DNA of 47,427 nt, taken from the NCBI GenBank assembly GCA_031362565.1, contig JANLSU010000053.1, positions 1 to 47,427 of the forward strand, in the 5' to 3' direction. A model generated the notes under the pieces. It saw only the letters and a list, made by a program, of their open reading frames with translations, searched no databases and was not told the origin of the DNA. Numbering within the stretch: position 1 is the first letter of the stretch; each line of letters opens with the position of its first letter. The stretch is from a bacterium. GTDB lineage: Bacteria > Krumholzibacteriota > Krumholzibacteriia > G020349025. The position numbers were made by a program, and so were the translations under genes. This document shows, piece after piece, positions 38,495-47,427 of this stretch.

Positions 38495-40042
38495 CTAGCG
38501 CACGTTCAGGTACATGAACGGCGGGATGCTGAGGCCGACGACGTTTTCGCCGCCGGTGAGCTCGCGGGCTTGGCCGAGGGCGTGTTTGAGGTTTGGTGCC
38601 CAGGATACACCCAGGCGTTTGGCCGAGACATCGTTCGGCGGCCCTACCAGGATGACGCGCGACAGATACTTCATCGGGTAGGTGGCCCAGTACCAAACCG
38701 TGAATGGATGGAAGCCGTGGTGTGCCCAGTGGTTGCGGTACGCATCGACCAACTGCGGGTCGCGCGCGAACTTGTCCTGGAACTGCCGCTGCATTTCGAA
38801 CGGGTCCTTGGTCGCCGGCAAGACCTCGTCCCAGAAGCGCTTGTAAGCCACATGGTACTCGGGGTGGAAGAATTCGAGGACCGGGTTCAGGATGATGGCG
38901 ACCCCACCCGGTTTCACGAACGGCTTGCCCCAGAACCAGTTGAAGACGTACCCGAGAACGTCACTCACGACGAGCACGGGATTGATTCGCGTCCCGACGG
39001 AATACGGTGAGAGATCCGGGAGGCCAAATACCATGGTGTCGAACTGCCGGTCGACATTCACCTCGAGCTGCGGCCGGAGTGCCGCCAAAGTGCGATCGTG
39101 CACGGCGTCGATATCGCCGGCATTGAACTCGAGCGCCCGGTATTCCGACTGCAAGCCTTTGAAGATGGAGAAACGCGTCGATTCGGGCAGCAAGCTCATG
39201 GCGGCCGGTGCCACGTTCTGGAGAAGGCGCTCGAGGCCGTTCGACTTCTCGGCGGGCCGCGACAGGAAGCTCATGTGGGGCGGATAGGTCGCGCCGTTCA
39301 TCGGGGCTTCCAGCACCATGATGCGCGTCTTGCGCTGGATGACGCGTGACAGGCGTTCGATGCTCGAGTGCATGTGCGACCCGTCAGGCTGCATGACATG
39401 CGGGCTGTCCTGGGTCATTTGCGGCGCATGGTGCGTGCGGATGCTGTCGTACGTCCCGAGCCCGACGGCGACCGACTTGTGGCCACCGTTCAACGGAATG
39501 GAGATCGTGTCGACGTAAATCACCAGATCGCTGTCGAGCACGGCGCGGGAGGTCTCGACCAGTTCGCCCTGCTCGGTCGTGCCCATGTTGACGATGTCGT
39601 CGCGGTCTTCGGCGTCGAAGTTGCGCAACTGATGGGGGTGGTATTCGGCGAAAATCCGCTTGCCCACCATGAACTCGAGTTCGGCGGGCTTCATCTTGCG
39701 GTGTAACGCCACCGCGCACATGAGCTGCAGGTTCTTTTTCTGCACGCCGTAGGAGTCGAGCATGGCGAGCAATGCCTCGAGGCAGAGCTCGCGGATGTCC
39801 GGCGGCCGGAGCGGCGGAAAAGGCTGGCAGTTGTCGTCGAAGCAAATGAGGATTTTGGAGTCTCGCGCCACGAGCTCGCGAAGCGGCGGCATGCCGAGGG
39901 GGTTTTCGAACGCCTTGCGGACCGCGGCGGCGACGTCGCGATTGGCGATGCCGGGCAAAGCCGGCGGCGGAAACAGCACCCGCGCGGTGGGGGGCAGCTC
40001 GGCATGCACGAGGCTGTTCCCTGAATACGTGAGGTAGCGCAT
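38495..40042 (-). CDS. LarA-superfamily (DUF2088, lactate-racemase-like) protein
   Basis: ENPLGMPPL, FDDNCQP, ALHR, GGHKS, RTHH, GDIDAVH, KPGGVAI; SD GGAG. Confidence 0.85.
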   Translation of the reverse strand: MRYLTYSGNSLVHAELPPTARVLFPPPALPGIANRDVAAAVRKAFENPLGMPPLRELVARDSKILICFDDNCQPFPPLRPPDIRELCLEALLAMLDSYGVQKKNLQLMCAVALHRKMKPAELEFMVGKRIFAEYHPHQLRNFDAEDRDDIVNMGTTEQGELVETSRAVLDSDLVIYVDTISIPLNGGHKSVAVGLGTYDSIRTHHAPQMTQDSPHVMQPDGSHMHSSIERLSRVIQRKTRIMVLEAPMNGATYPPHMSFLSRPAEKSNGLERLLQNVAPAAMSLLPESTRFSIFKGLQSEYRALEFNAGDIDAVHDRTLAALRPQLEVNVDRQFDTMVFGLPDLSPYSVGTRINPVLVVSDVLGYVFNWFWGKPFVKPGGVAIILNPVLEFFHPEYHVAYKRFWDEVLPATKDPFEMQRQFQDKFARDPQLVDAYRNHWAHHGFHPFTVWYWATYPMKYLSRVILVGPPNDVSAKRLGVSWAPNLKHALGQARELTGGENVVGLSIPPFMYLNVR

Positions 40043-40057
40043 CCGCTTCTCCAAGGG

Positions 40058-41248
40058 TCAGGGCGCGAAGACGGTTTTCATGATGCCGGCGCGGCCGGCG
40101 TTCAGAGCGCCGTGAATAGCCTCACGGTAACGCTCCAACGGATAACGCGCGCCGGTGACGGTCGCCAGCGGTTCGACGAGTCCCTGCACGACGTCGATGG
40201 CGCGGCGGAACGTTGGTGTCGTGCTGGTGTATGCGCCGCGGACCACGAGTTCCTTGTGCCAGATCGAAGTCCAGTCGATGCCGCGTGGAATCGACGGCAT
40301 GCCGACCAAGATAACGGAGCCGTGATGGCGCGTAAAGCGGAGCGCGTCATCGAGGCTGCGGTCGGAGCCGACGCAGTCGAAGGTCACATCGGTGCCGCCG
40401 ATGAGCACCGGTCGTCCGAGCTCGGGCTTGAAGAGCCGCGCCCCGAGTAGCGCGAGGAGGCCTTCGAGCATGTCGCGCGGTGCAAGCACATGATCGGCGC
40501 CCAAGGCGGCCGCGAGCCGCTGTTGGTGCGGGTACTTGGCGACCGTGATGATGCGCGCCCGTGAACCGACGGCGCGGATGGCGGCGATGGTGAGCGCGCC
40601 GATGGTGCCCGCACCCAGCACGAGGGCGGTCGCTGTGTCGGCGGGCGGTGCCAACTGGACCGCGTGCAGGCAACAACTAAAGGGCTCGACGAGGACCGCG
40701 ACTTCGTTTGGAACTGCAGCGGGCACCGGGTGCAACTGCCGCGGGTGGGCGACGAAACTGTTGCTCCAGCCGCCGCCGGTATCGCGGCAGAATCCGGTTT
40801 GAATGCCCGGCGCCAAGCAGCCGTCCATGACGTTGTGGCAATGCGAGCGGTGCCCCTCGGCGCAGGCCGGGCAAAGCGGTGTGATACCGCGGAGCGCGCA
40901 GTGCAAGGGTGGCTCGAGGACGACACGATCGCCGACTTTGACCCCGTCGGCTTCGGGCCCCAGTTCAGCCACTTCGCCCACGACCTCGTGGCCGAAGGTA
41001 AATGGACAGGAGGTGAACGGCGAGAAATAGGTCGAGCCCTGAGCCGTGAGTGTTGCGAGATCCGAACCGCACACGCCGGCCAGGAGCGGCCGCACTCGCA
41101 CCCACGAGGGCGCCGGGAGCTTTGGTGGCGCGGCATTCGACAGGCGCAACGTGCCGAACGGCGAAGTATAGAGCGCCGGGAATCGCGGCCCCGCAAGCCG
41201 CGCCGTCAGGTACCGCGGCACGCTGCGTAAATACTCGAGGGCCATCAT
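40058..41248 (-). CDS. Zinc-dependent alcohol dehydrogenase (MDR)
   Basis: GVCGSD, GHE, C..CPAC..C, EP, GAGTIG; start overlaps the HAD stop. Confidence 0.92.
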   Translation of the reverse strand: MMALEYLRSVPRYLTARLAGPRFPALYTSPFGTLRLSNAAPPKLPAPSWVRVRPLLAGVCGSDLATLTAQGSTYFSPFTSCPFTFGHEVVGEVAELGPEADGVKVGDRVVLEPPLHCALRGITPLCPACAEGHRSHCHNVMDGCLAPGIQTGFCRDTGGGWSNSFVAHPRQLHPVPAAVPNEVAVLVEPFSCCLHAVQLAPPADTATALVLGAGTIGALTIAAIRAVGSRARIITVAKYPHQQRLAAALGADHVLAPRDMLEGLLALLGARLFKPELGRPVLIGGTDVTFDCVGSDRSLDDALRFTRHHGSVILVGMPSIPRGIDWTSIWHKELVVRGAYTSTTPTFRRAIDVVQGLVEPLATVTGARYPLERYREAIHGALNAGRAGIMKTVFAP

Positions 41249-41919
41249 CGTGAGGGGCTCCAACGCAAAATATCCCAGCCACGCGTCGTGGCGATGTGAG
41301 CCAGACGCCGGCTCGGATTCACGACGCCGGCGTGGCCGACGCTGCCCAACATCGGTACGTCGTCCATACTGTCGGCGTAGGCCCAACAGATGCTGGGGTC
41401 GAGCCCACGGCGCGTGACGCACTCGGTCACGGCGGCCGCCTTGCGTGCATGGGCGATGGGCCCATCGACCAGACGGCCCGTCAACCGTCCATCGCGTTCT
41501 TCCATGTCGGGGGCGAGTAGTTCGGTGGCTCGGAGCCGCGCCGCGAGCGGCGCGACGACTGTTCGCAGTGAACCGGTGACGAGGACGACGGCATCGCCAC
41601 GCTCTTGGTGCAGGCGCACGCGCGCCTCCGCCCCCGGGAACAAGCGTGGCTGCAAGAACCGTTCGGCATGGATGCGCGCCCGGCGCTCCAACTCGGCAAC
41701 GCTGAAACCGCGATAGTTGCCGTAGAGGGCACGCTGAAAGCGCGGCCGGCTCCAGGCATCGAGGGCGAGATAGTAAGGGACACGCAACGCGAACAGCGCG
41801 GTCCACAGGGCGCGCCTGGTGGGCGAGAACTCCAACGTTCGCAGGTTGACGTAGTAGCGCACGATATTGCCCGCGACGAGTGTCCCGTCGACGTCGAAGA
41901 ACGCCGCGGCGCCGCTCAT
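41245..41919 (-). CDS. HAD-IB family phosphatase
   Basis: FFDVDGTL, VTGS, conserved K, YADSMDD; ATGA overlap with the upstream gene. Confidence 0.92.
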   Translation of the reverse strand: MSGAAAFFDVDGTLVAGNIVRYYVNLRTLEFSPTRRALWTALFALRVPYYLALDAWSRPRFQRALYGNYRGFSVAELERRARIHAERFLQPRLFPGAEARVRLHQERGDAVVLVTGSLRTVVAPLAARLRATELLAPDMEERDGRLTGRLVDGPIAHARKAAAVTECVTRRGLDPSICWAYADSMDDVPMLGSVGHAGVVNPSRRLAHIATTRGWDILRWSPSR

Positions 41920-44900
41920 TCGGGCCGGGACGCGAGCGCGGCGATGCGCTCGCGCACGTCCTGGGCAATGCGGCGGTACAGCTCTTCCTTGGAACCGTTG
42001 GCGTTCAAGCGATAGCGTTCCATCGGCATCGGTGTCCCGAAGCGCACCCGCACGCGGCCCGGCTTGGGGAACATTTGGCCGGCCGGCAGCACTGCATACG
42101 TGCCGTCGATGCGCGCCGGCACGACAGCCGTGTTGGTCTCGTAGGCGAGCAACCCGAGCCCGGCCTTGAAAGCCTGCATTTCGCCGCTCCGTGAGCGCGT
42201 TGCTTCCGGAAAGATGAGAACCGGTTCGCCGGCCGCCAGAATGCTCTTGGCGACCCGCAGTCCATCGAGCCCGGTCTGGTCGCGCCGAATCGGCACGACA
42301 TTGAAACAGCGGCTGAAGAACCAGCTCTTGGGTTTCGTGTCGAAGAAGTAGTCACGCGCGCCCAGCACGTGCAGGCGTGCGGCGGCATCGCGGCCGTGCG
42401 TCGCGGCGACCGCCGAGAACACCGCCCCCACATCCAAGTGGCTGGTGTGATTGGCGGCGATGATATAGGCGCCCGTTGCCGGCAGCATGCCGTCCACCTG
42501 CGGCGGGTCGAGCTTGAGATACGTGCGGTAGAACGTCCCGAGCCCCGAGATCGAAGTGCGCAAGAGCGCCAAATCCATCGGCGAGCGCTGATGGGTCGGG
42601 AACGACGACGGGAAGGACTCGACCCGCGCTGCCTGCGTGCCGGCCCGGGCCGCGGCCACCTCTTGGAACAAATCGCCGACCGTGCGCACCGCTTCGATCC
42701 GTTCGTCCGAAACCGCGACCCCAAAGTGCGCTTCCATGAAGAGCAGGAGTTCGACCGCTTCGAGAGAATCCAATCCCAGGTCGCCGAAGATCTGGCTGTC
42801 GGACCGGATGTCGCTTGCGGGCACACCCGAAAGGCGCGCCAACTCGTCGACCAGTGCACCGTCCTGCGCGCCATCGACCACCGCTGCCGCCGGCGCTGCG
42901 CCACTCGGGGCGCGCCGGCCGACTTCGCCGAGCACTTTCTGCAACACGACGTCGCGGCGCAGTTCGCCCTCGGCATCGCGTGGCAACGCCTCATGCCAAA
43001 GGTGAACTTGTTGCAACCGGTGGTAGCTCGGCAGTTCCTTGCCGAGGGCCTGCAAATCGCGCTGCAGCTGTTTGCGGAGGTCGGCGGCGGGCATCTCGCC
43101 GAGCGCCGATTCCTCCGGCACCACGGCCGCATGCACCTCTTCGGTGAGCCCGCTCTTGACCCCGACGACGCAGATCTCTCGCACCCCCGGCACGCGCGCG
43201 TAGATGCCCTCGAGATCGCCGGGGTACACATTCTTGCCCGCGCCCGTAACGATGACGTCCTTGATGCGGCCCGAGATGTACACGTAGCCTTCTTCGTCGA
43301 CCCACCCCAAGTCGCCGGTATGGAACCAGCCGGCGCGCACGACCTTGGCGGTCGCCTTGGGATTCGCCCAGTACTCGCGCATCAAACTCGGGGTGCGAAC
43401 GACGATTTCGCCGATCCCGTCGCGGTCCGGATGCGACAGGCGTAATTCGACCCCGGGCAGCGGCTTGCCCACCGAGCCGGCGCGCGACTTGCCGTCCGGA
43501 TTGAACGTCAGCACCGGCGCCGTTTCCGTCAGCCCATAGCCTTCGTAGATTGGAATGCCGAGAGCGTTGAAGTCGTCGTACAACTCTTTGCCGAGCGCCG
43601 AACCGCCGCTGACGACAAACCGCAGCCCCGCCCCGATCTCGCTTCGCACTCGCCCGATCGCCGCCCGGTTCCAGCGCCGCGCCGGCCGTGGACTCGGCTT
43701 CGCGGTCGCGCCAGTCGCCGCGCCCGCGCCATTCGCGCCGTTCATCGTCGCGCCGCCGCGGGCCACCGAGCGCTCCACCTTCATCACCCGCCGCTCGAGG
43801 TCCTCGCGCATGAGCGCATACAGCGTCGGCACGCCGAGCATCATCGTCGTGCCGGTCTCGCGCATCGTCTCGAACATGGCCTTGGGCTTGAGCGCTCCCG
43901 CATAGGTCACCGTGGCGCCGAGCCACAAGGGCGTCAAGAAACCGCACGTGAACTCGAGGGCGTGATACAAAGGCAGCACCGACAACACTTGATCGCGCTC
44001 GTCGAGCGGTGGCGTATAGCGCAGCACGCCGAACACATTGGCGAGGAAGCTGCGATGCGTGTGCACCGCACCCTTGGGATCGCTCGCCGTGCCACTCGTG
44101 AAGATGATCGATGCCGCATCATCGGCACCGATGATGCTGTCGTCCGCCGGACGCATCACGGCCGCGGCGCCGCGCGCCACCGGCGTGTAGCCTTCGATCT
44201 CGAGCGGCGCCGCGCTGCGGTTGACGCTCAGAATCTGCACCGGCTCGGGGGTGGCGTCGTTTTCGGCGAGCGCCTCGGGCGTCAGCCGTTTGGCACACAC
44301 GTCCGAGACGACGAGGGCCCGCGCGCCGGTGAAACGCGCAATCGCCCAAACCTCCGGCGGCCACGCCTGCCAATCGAGCGGCACGACGATGACACCCAAA
44401 AGGGCCGCACCGAGCGCCGTCATGCCCCACTCCGGCTGATTCTCCGACCACAGAACGATGCGGTCGCCCTTCTGCAAGCCAAGCGCCCGCAACCGTTCGC
44501 ACACCGCATCGGCGCCGCGCTCGACATCCTGGAACGAGTGCCGTTCCCAGACCCCACCGCGGCGCATTTGCAGCGCCGTCTTGGTGCCGAAACGTGCCGC
44601 GCTGCGCCGCAGCAATTCGCCGATCGTCGCTGGCCGGGCGGCGCCGTCCGCGGTCTCCGGAAGTTCGCCGTTGTCCCCTTCGATCTTGAGGATGTAGCGC
44701 TTCATTCCCGGGATGTGCACGTTTTGGATGTAGTGCCGCCAATTGAGCCGCGTCACGTCGAACGGGAAGGCGCGCTTCTCGTCCTCGTCCATCGACTCGA
44801 ACAATTCCATCAACCGGTCGACTTCGAAACGGCATTCGATGTTCAAATACGGTTCGTAGATCTCGCCGTAGTAGTACAGCTTGTCGAACGCCGCGCGCGT

Positions 44901-46277
44901 CGCCGACACGCGCCGCTTGGCCTTGGTCGCGGCATCGAGCCCCGGGAAGCGGTCGAGCGCCTTCTCCGCCGATTCGAGCGGCGCGCGCCGTAGCCGGTGC
45001 TGCAAGCGAAACGCGCTCTTGCTGGGGAAGCGCAGGTACTTGATGCGGATCGGCTGTCCCGCCTTGTCGGTCATCGGATTGCGAATGAAATACCGGTAGA
45101 TGAGATCGTAGAGGTCGCCGAGCGTGATCGGATTGCGCGATCCGGTCGCCACTTGATAGCAGGCGACCCCGCCGCGCTCTGCCAGACGCGGGATCGCGGC
45201 GAGCAGTGCGTTGACCACCATGTCGACCGGCACCAAGTCCAGGTTGACGTCGGGCTTGAGCGGCAACGCCCGCAACCGCCCCTTGCCGATGGCAACGATG
45301 AGCGGATCCGCCATGCGGAGCCCGTCGAGCCAGCCCGGAATCGGCTCTGAAAGGCTGCTCTCGATGACCGACGGGCGCACGATCGCGATCGGGATGTCGC
45401 CGCGCGCTCGCACCACGACCTGCTCGCCGAGCGCTTTCGTGTACGTGTACGTGTCGTTCCAGCCGCGCTCACGCGCCCAAGCCATGCCTTCGGCGACCAG
45501 TTTGTTCTGCAGCCATTTCTTGCGCAGACTCTCGATGGCCTTGCGGCGCCCTGACGACTTGCCGCTCTTCGCACTGCGCGACCGCTCGACCAGCACGCGC
45601 AAGAGCGCCCGCTCGACCTCCGGGTCCTGCGACTCGGCCTCGCAGCGCGCAATGATCTCGCGAATGCGGGCGACGTCGCGCGCCGGGTCGCCGATGTAGC
45701 CGCGCGGAAATTCTTCGACCGAGCCGGCCGGCGCCGTGTGGTAGAGCGTCTCCGGAGCGATCGCATGCGAGGCGCCGGCGACATAAGCGGTCGACACATG
45801 CACCAGAACCGCTTTGCGGCAGGAGGCCGCGAACGCCGCGACGCGTTCCGCGCCCATCACATTCAATTGCAGGGCCTCGTCGAGCGCCGCGTCGAAGCTC
45901 ACGACCGCGGCACTATTGATGACGATGTCGACGCTCGACCGCAGGCGGGCTGCCGTCTCGGGATCCAGCCCGAGGCCGTCCATGGAGATGTCCCCGCCGA
46001 CCGCCACCAGGCGGGACCGGATGAAGGCGTCGAATTCCGCTCCATAGATGGAGCGCAGGGGGTCGAAGACGCTCGACTCGTAGAGTTCCTTCTCGAGCCG
46101 CTTTTCGGGCGTCAGAACGACCCCGGGCGATTGACGCTTCGGACGGATCAAGACATGGATCCGCGCCACACCAGGTGCCGCGTGCAGGATCTTTTCGACG
46201 AGAGGCTGGCCCAGGAACCCGGTTGCTCCGGTGATGAGCAGGGTCTTCCCGTCCAGGTAGACGGAGGTCCTATTCAT
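41916..46277 (-). CDS. ElbD-like multidomain enzyme: fatty acyl reductase (NAD_binding_4 + Sterile), AMP-binding acyl-CoA/ACP synthetase, ACP, PlsC-type acyltransferase
   Basis: TGATGFLG and YTYTK (FAR); FTSGTASDPKG, YGLTET, TGDLG, GR.KD (AMP-binding); LGLDSL (ACP Ser); NHTSHLD and FPEATRS (acyltransferase); 1453 aa. Confidence 0.93.
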   Translation of the reverse strand: MNRTSVYLDGKTLLITGATGFLGQPLVEKILHAAPGVARIHVLIRPKRQSPGVVLTPEKRLEKELYESSVFDPLRSIYGAEFDAFIRSRLVAVGGDISMDGLGLDPETAARLRSSVDIVINSAAVVSFDAALDEALQLNVMGAERVAAFAASCRKAVLVHVSTAYVAGASHAIAPETLYHTAPAGSVEEFPRGYIGDPARDVARIREIIARCEAESQDPEVERALLRVLVERSRSAKSGKSSGRRKAIESLRKKWLQNKLVAEGMAWARERGWNDTYTYTKALGEQVVVRARGDIPIAIVRPSVIESSLSEPIPGWLDGLRMADPLIVAIGKGRLRALPLKPDVNLDLVPVDMVVNALLAAIPRLAERGGVACYQVATGSRNPITLGDLYDLIYRYFIRNPMTDKAGQPIRIKYLRFPSKSAFRLQHRLRRAPLESAEKALDRFPGLDAATKAKRRVSATRAAFDKLYYYGEIYEPYLNIECRFEVDRLMELFESMDEDEKRAFPFDVTRLNWRHYIQNVHIPGMKRYILKIEGDNGELPETADGAARPATIGELLRRSAARFGTKTALQMRRGGVWERHSFQDVERGADAVCERLRALGLQKGDRIVLWSENQPEWGMTALGAALLGVIVVPLDWQAWPPEVWAIARFTGARALVVSDVCAKRLTPEALAENDATPEPVQILSVNRSAAPLEIEGYTPVARGAAAVMRPADDSIIGADDAASIIFTSGTASDPKGAVHTHRSFLANVFGVLRYTPPLDERDQVLSVLPLYHALEFTCGFLTPLWLGATVTYAGALKPKAMFETMRETGTTMMLGVPTLYALMREDLERRVMKVERSVARGGATMNGANGAGAATGATAKPSPRPARRWNRAAIGRVRSEIGAGLRFVVSGGSALGKELYDDFNALGIPIYEGYGLTETAPVLTFNPDGKSRAGSVGKPLPGVELRLSHPDRDGIGEIVVRTPSLMREYWANPKATAKVVRAGWFHTGDLGWVDEEGYVYISGRIKDVIVTGAGKNVYPGDLEGIYARVPGVREICVVGVKSGLTEEVHAAVVPEESALGEMPAADLRKQLQRDLQALGKELPSYHRLQQVHLWHEALPRDAEGELRRDVVLQKVLGEVGRRAPSGAAPAAAVVDGAQDGALVDELARLSGVPASDIRSDSQIFGDLGLDSLEAVELLLFMEAHFGVAVSDERIEAVRTVGDLFQEVAAARAGTQAARVESFPSSFPTHQRSPMDLALLRTSISGLGTFYRTYLKLDPPQVDGMLPATGAYIIAANHTSHLDVGAVFSAVAATHGRDAAARLHVLGARDYFFDTKPKSWFFSRCFNVVPIRRDQTGLDGLRVAKSILAAGEPVLIFPEATRSRSGEMQAFKAGLGLLAYETNTAVVPARIDGTYAVLPAGQMFPKPGRVRVRFGTPMPMERYRLNANGSKEELYRRIAQDVRERIAALASRPE

Positions 46278-46286
46278 GGTCGGGGG

Positions 46287-46295
46287 AAGGTAGCA
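46287..46295 (-). promoter_or_regulatory. Extended -10 promoter of the lipid operon (near-leaderless)
   Basis: Minus strand TG-C-TACCTT, 9 nt upstream of the ATG at 46277; no SD. Confidence 0.5.
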
Positions 46296-46422
46296 CGTGC
46301 CCCGGGGGGGTGGCTACCGGTGCCGGTCGGCCGGGGGGTGGGGGGGGCGTGTGGGCGCCCGGCCGCCCTACACCCCGTGGCCTCGCCCCTTGGGGCGCAA
46401 CCTCGGTGTCTGGAATCTGGGC

Positions 46423-46452
46423 TCGGCCACAACTGGGGGTTCGGCCACAACT
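46423..46452. repeat. 12-bp direct repeat (2 copies, 18-bp period)
   Basis: TCGGCCACAACT at 46423-46434 and 46441-46452. Confidence 0.8.
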
Positions 46453-46801
46453 AGCGCAACGTCACATAATCCAGCAGGTCGAGCATTTTCAGCACGCTCA
46501 GGATATCGGGCGACACATCGCACAGGGCCACGTCGCCACCCAGCTCCCGGGCCTCGCCGATGAGCGCGATCAGGCTGCCGACCCCCATGCTGCTGATGAA
46601 CGGCACTTCCCGGAGCTCGATCTCGACGTTCCGCTGCCCCTGCTTGAGCAGGCCGCGGACGCACTCGATCAAGATGGGGCCGCTATCGACGTCCAAGTGC
46701 CCCGTCACAGCGAGCCGTATGCCGCCGCCGGCCGGTGCGGGGCCCCGCACGATCCCGAACGTTGCGCCTTGATGTAACACCTGTTCGTCCGGAGTACTCA
46801 C
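46451..46801 (-). CDS. STAS-domain anti-sigma factor antagonist (RsbV/SpoIIAA-like)
   Basis: GHLD, FISSMGVGSL, GGDVALC, VLKMLDL; GTG start after SD AAGGAGG, overlapping the upstream stop. Confidence 0.88.
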   Translation of the reverse strand: MSTPDEQVLHQGATFGIVRGPAPAGGGIRLAVTGHLDVDSGPILIECVRGLLKQGQRNVEIELREVPFISSMGVGSLIALIGEARELGGDVALCDVSPDILSVLKMLDLLDYVTLR

Positions 46802-47427
46802 TGGGACACCTCCTTCCCGAAGGTCAAACAGTTGCCGGTGCCGTCGAACGAGTGGTCGAACGTTCCCAAGATCTTCCCCACGAGATGCATTCCATACCCG
46901 CGCACGCTGTGGCCGGCAACAAGATCCGGCACCGGGACCGGCCGCCAGGCGGCGGGATCGAACCGCGCGCACTCATCGCGGATCCAGCCTCGCACACCGC
47001 GTGGGTCGAGCACGAGCCCGACTTCGACCTCGGTGGCGGCCCGCAACGGCCGGCCGTGCTCGAGCACGTTGGCGAGCAGCTCGTAGAGGGCAAGTCGAAC
47101 GTGCAGCAGTGGTTCGTTCCAGTTGGGATGGGTCGCGAGTGCGAGTGCGACAAAAGCCGACAGCGGCCGCAAGCTCTCCAGAGAGTGCGGGACCCGCAGG
47201 CGGTATTCCGCCCGGTCGTCGAGCGCCAAGCTTTGTGGACAGAGAAGCGCGCCGCGTTCACTGCCGAACGGGTTTTGCACCGCGAACACGCGCGTCGCGC
47301 CCGCTGCATCCAGAACACGAATCTCGCTCAACGCGAGGGCGCGCGCCAGGCCGATCGAGCGCTCGATCGGCGCCGCGACGGAATCAAAACTGTCGGCACC
47401 ATCGACGACGAACTCGGCGCAGGCGCG
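46798..47427 (-). CDS. Anti-sigma factor Ser kinase (RsbW-like HATPase_c), 5'-partial
   Basis: ELLANVLEHG (N-box), RD...FDP, RGYGM; frame stays open from 47331 to the window edge. Confidence 0.85.
   Translation of the reverse strand, partial: RACAEFVVDGADSFDSVAAPIERSIGLARALALSEIRVLDAAGATRVFAVQNPFGSERGALLCPQSLALDDRAEYRLRVPHSLESLRPLSAFVALALATHPNWNEPLLHVRLALYELLANVLEHGRPLRAATEVEVGLVLDPRGVRGWIRDECARFDPAAWRPVPVPDLVAGHSVRGYGMHLVGKILGTFDHSFDGTGNCLTFGKEVSQ

Noticed and set aside
41916..46277. NRPS/PKS secondary-metabolite cluster
   Set aside because: No condensation or ketosynthase domain; the FAR and PlsC domains indicate lipid metabolism.
47350..47371. 22-bp perfect palindrome GCCGATCGAGCGCTCGATCGGC
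   Set aside because: Lies in an open coding frame and is built from common codons; no independent sign of function.

Overview
High-GC bacterial chromosome segment with about 36 protein-coding genes and no rRNA, tRNA, canonical CRISPR array, transposase or phage gene. Two secreted proteins carry FlgD-Ig/T9SS-type C-terminal sorting domains. Together with OmpA, TonB-like and FadL-like genes, this suggests a diderm of the FCB superphylum, possibly Krumholzibacteriota, Latescibacterota or Eisenbacteria (inference). Contents in order: TolB-like lipoprotein, Cys-rich secreted protein, OmpA, stand-alone di-iron MBL protein, MacA-like adaptor plus two MacB-like permeases without an ATPase, TMTC-like GT-C/TPR protein, triple-VanZ protein, secreted purple acid phosphatase, CoA-dependent catabolic operon, typA, acyl-CoA dehydrogenase-HAD-methyltransferase-TonB cluster, lipoprotein-FadL-TPR-mnmA-peptidase cluster, orphan E1-alpha, GH13, transaldolase-like protein and a second TMTC-like gene. 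An ~800-bp non-coding island (37.7-38.5 kb) holds a near-consensus promoter, dense hairpins and three 45-bp-period repeats. The standout is a coupled four-gene operon (38.5-46.3 kb, minus strand): FAR-acyl-CoA synthetase-ACP-acyltransferase megaenzyme, HAD-IB phosphatase, Zn alcohol dehydrogenase and a divergent LarA/DUF2088 protein. It resembles the myxobacterial Elb ether-lipid system and lies downstream of an RsbW/STAS partner-switching pair. All calls come from motif recognition by eye; no searches were run.
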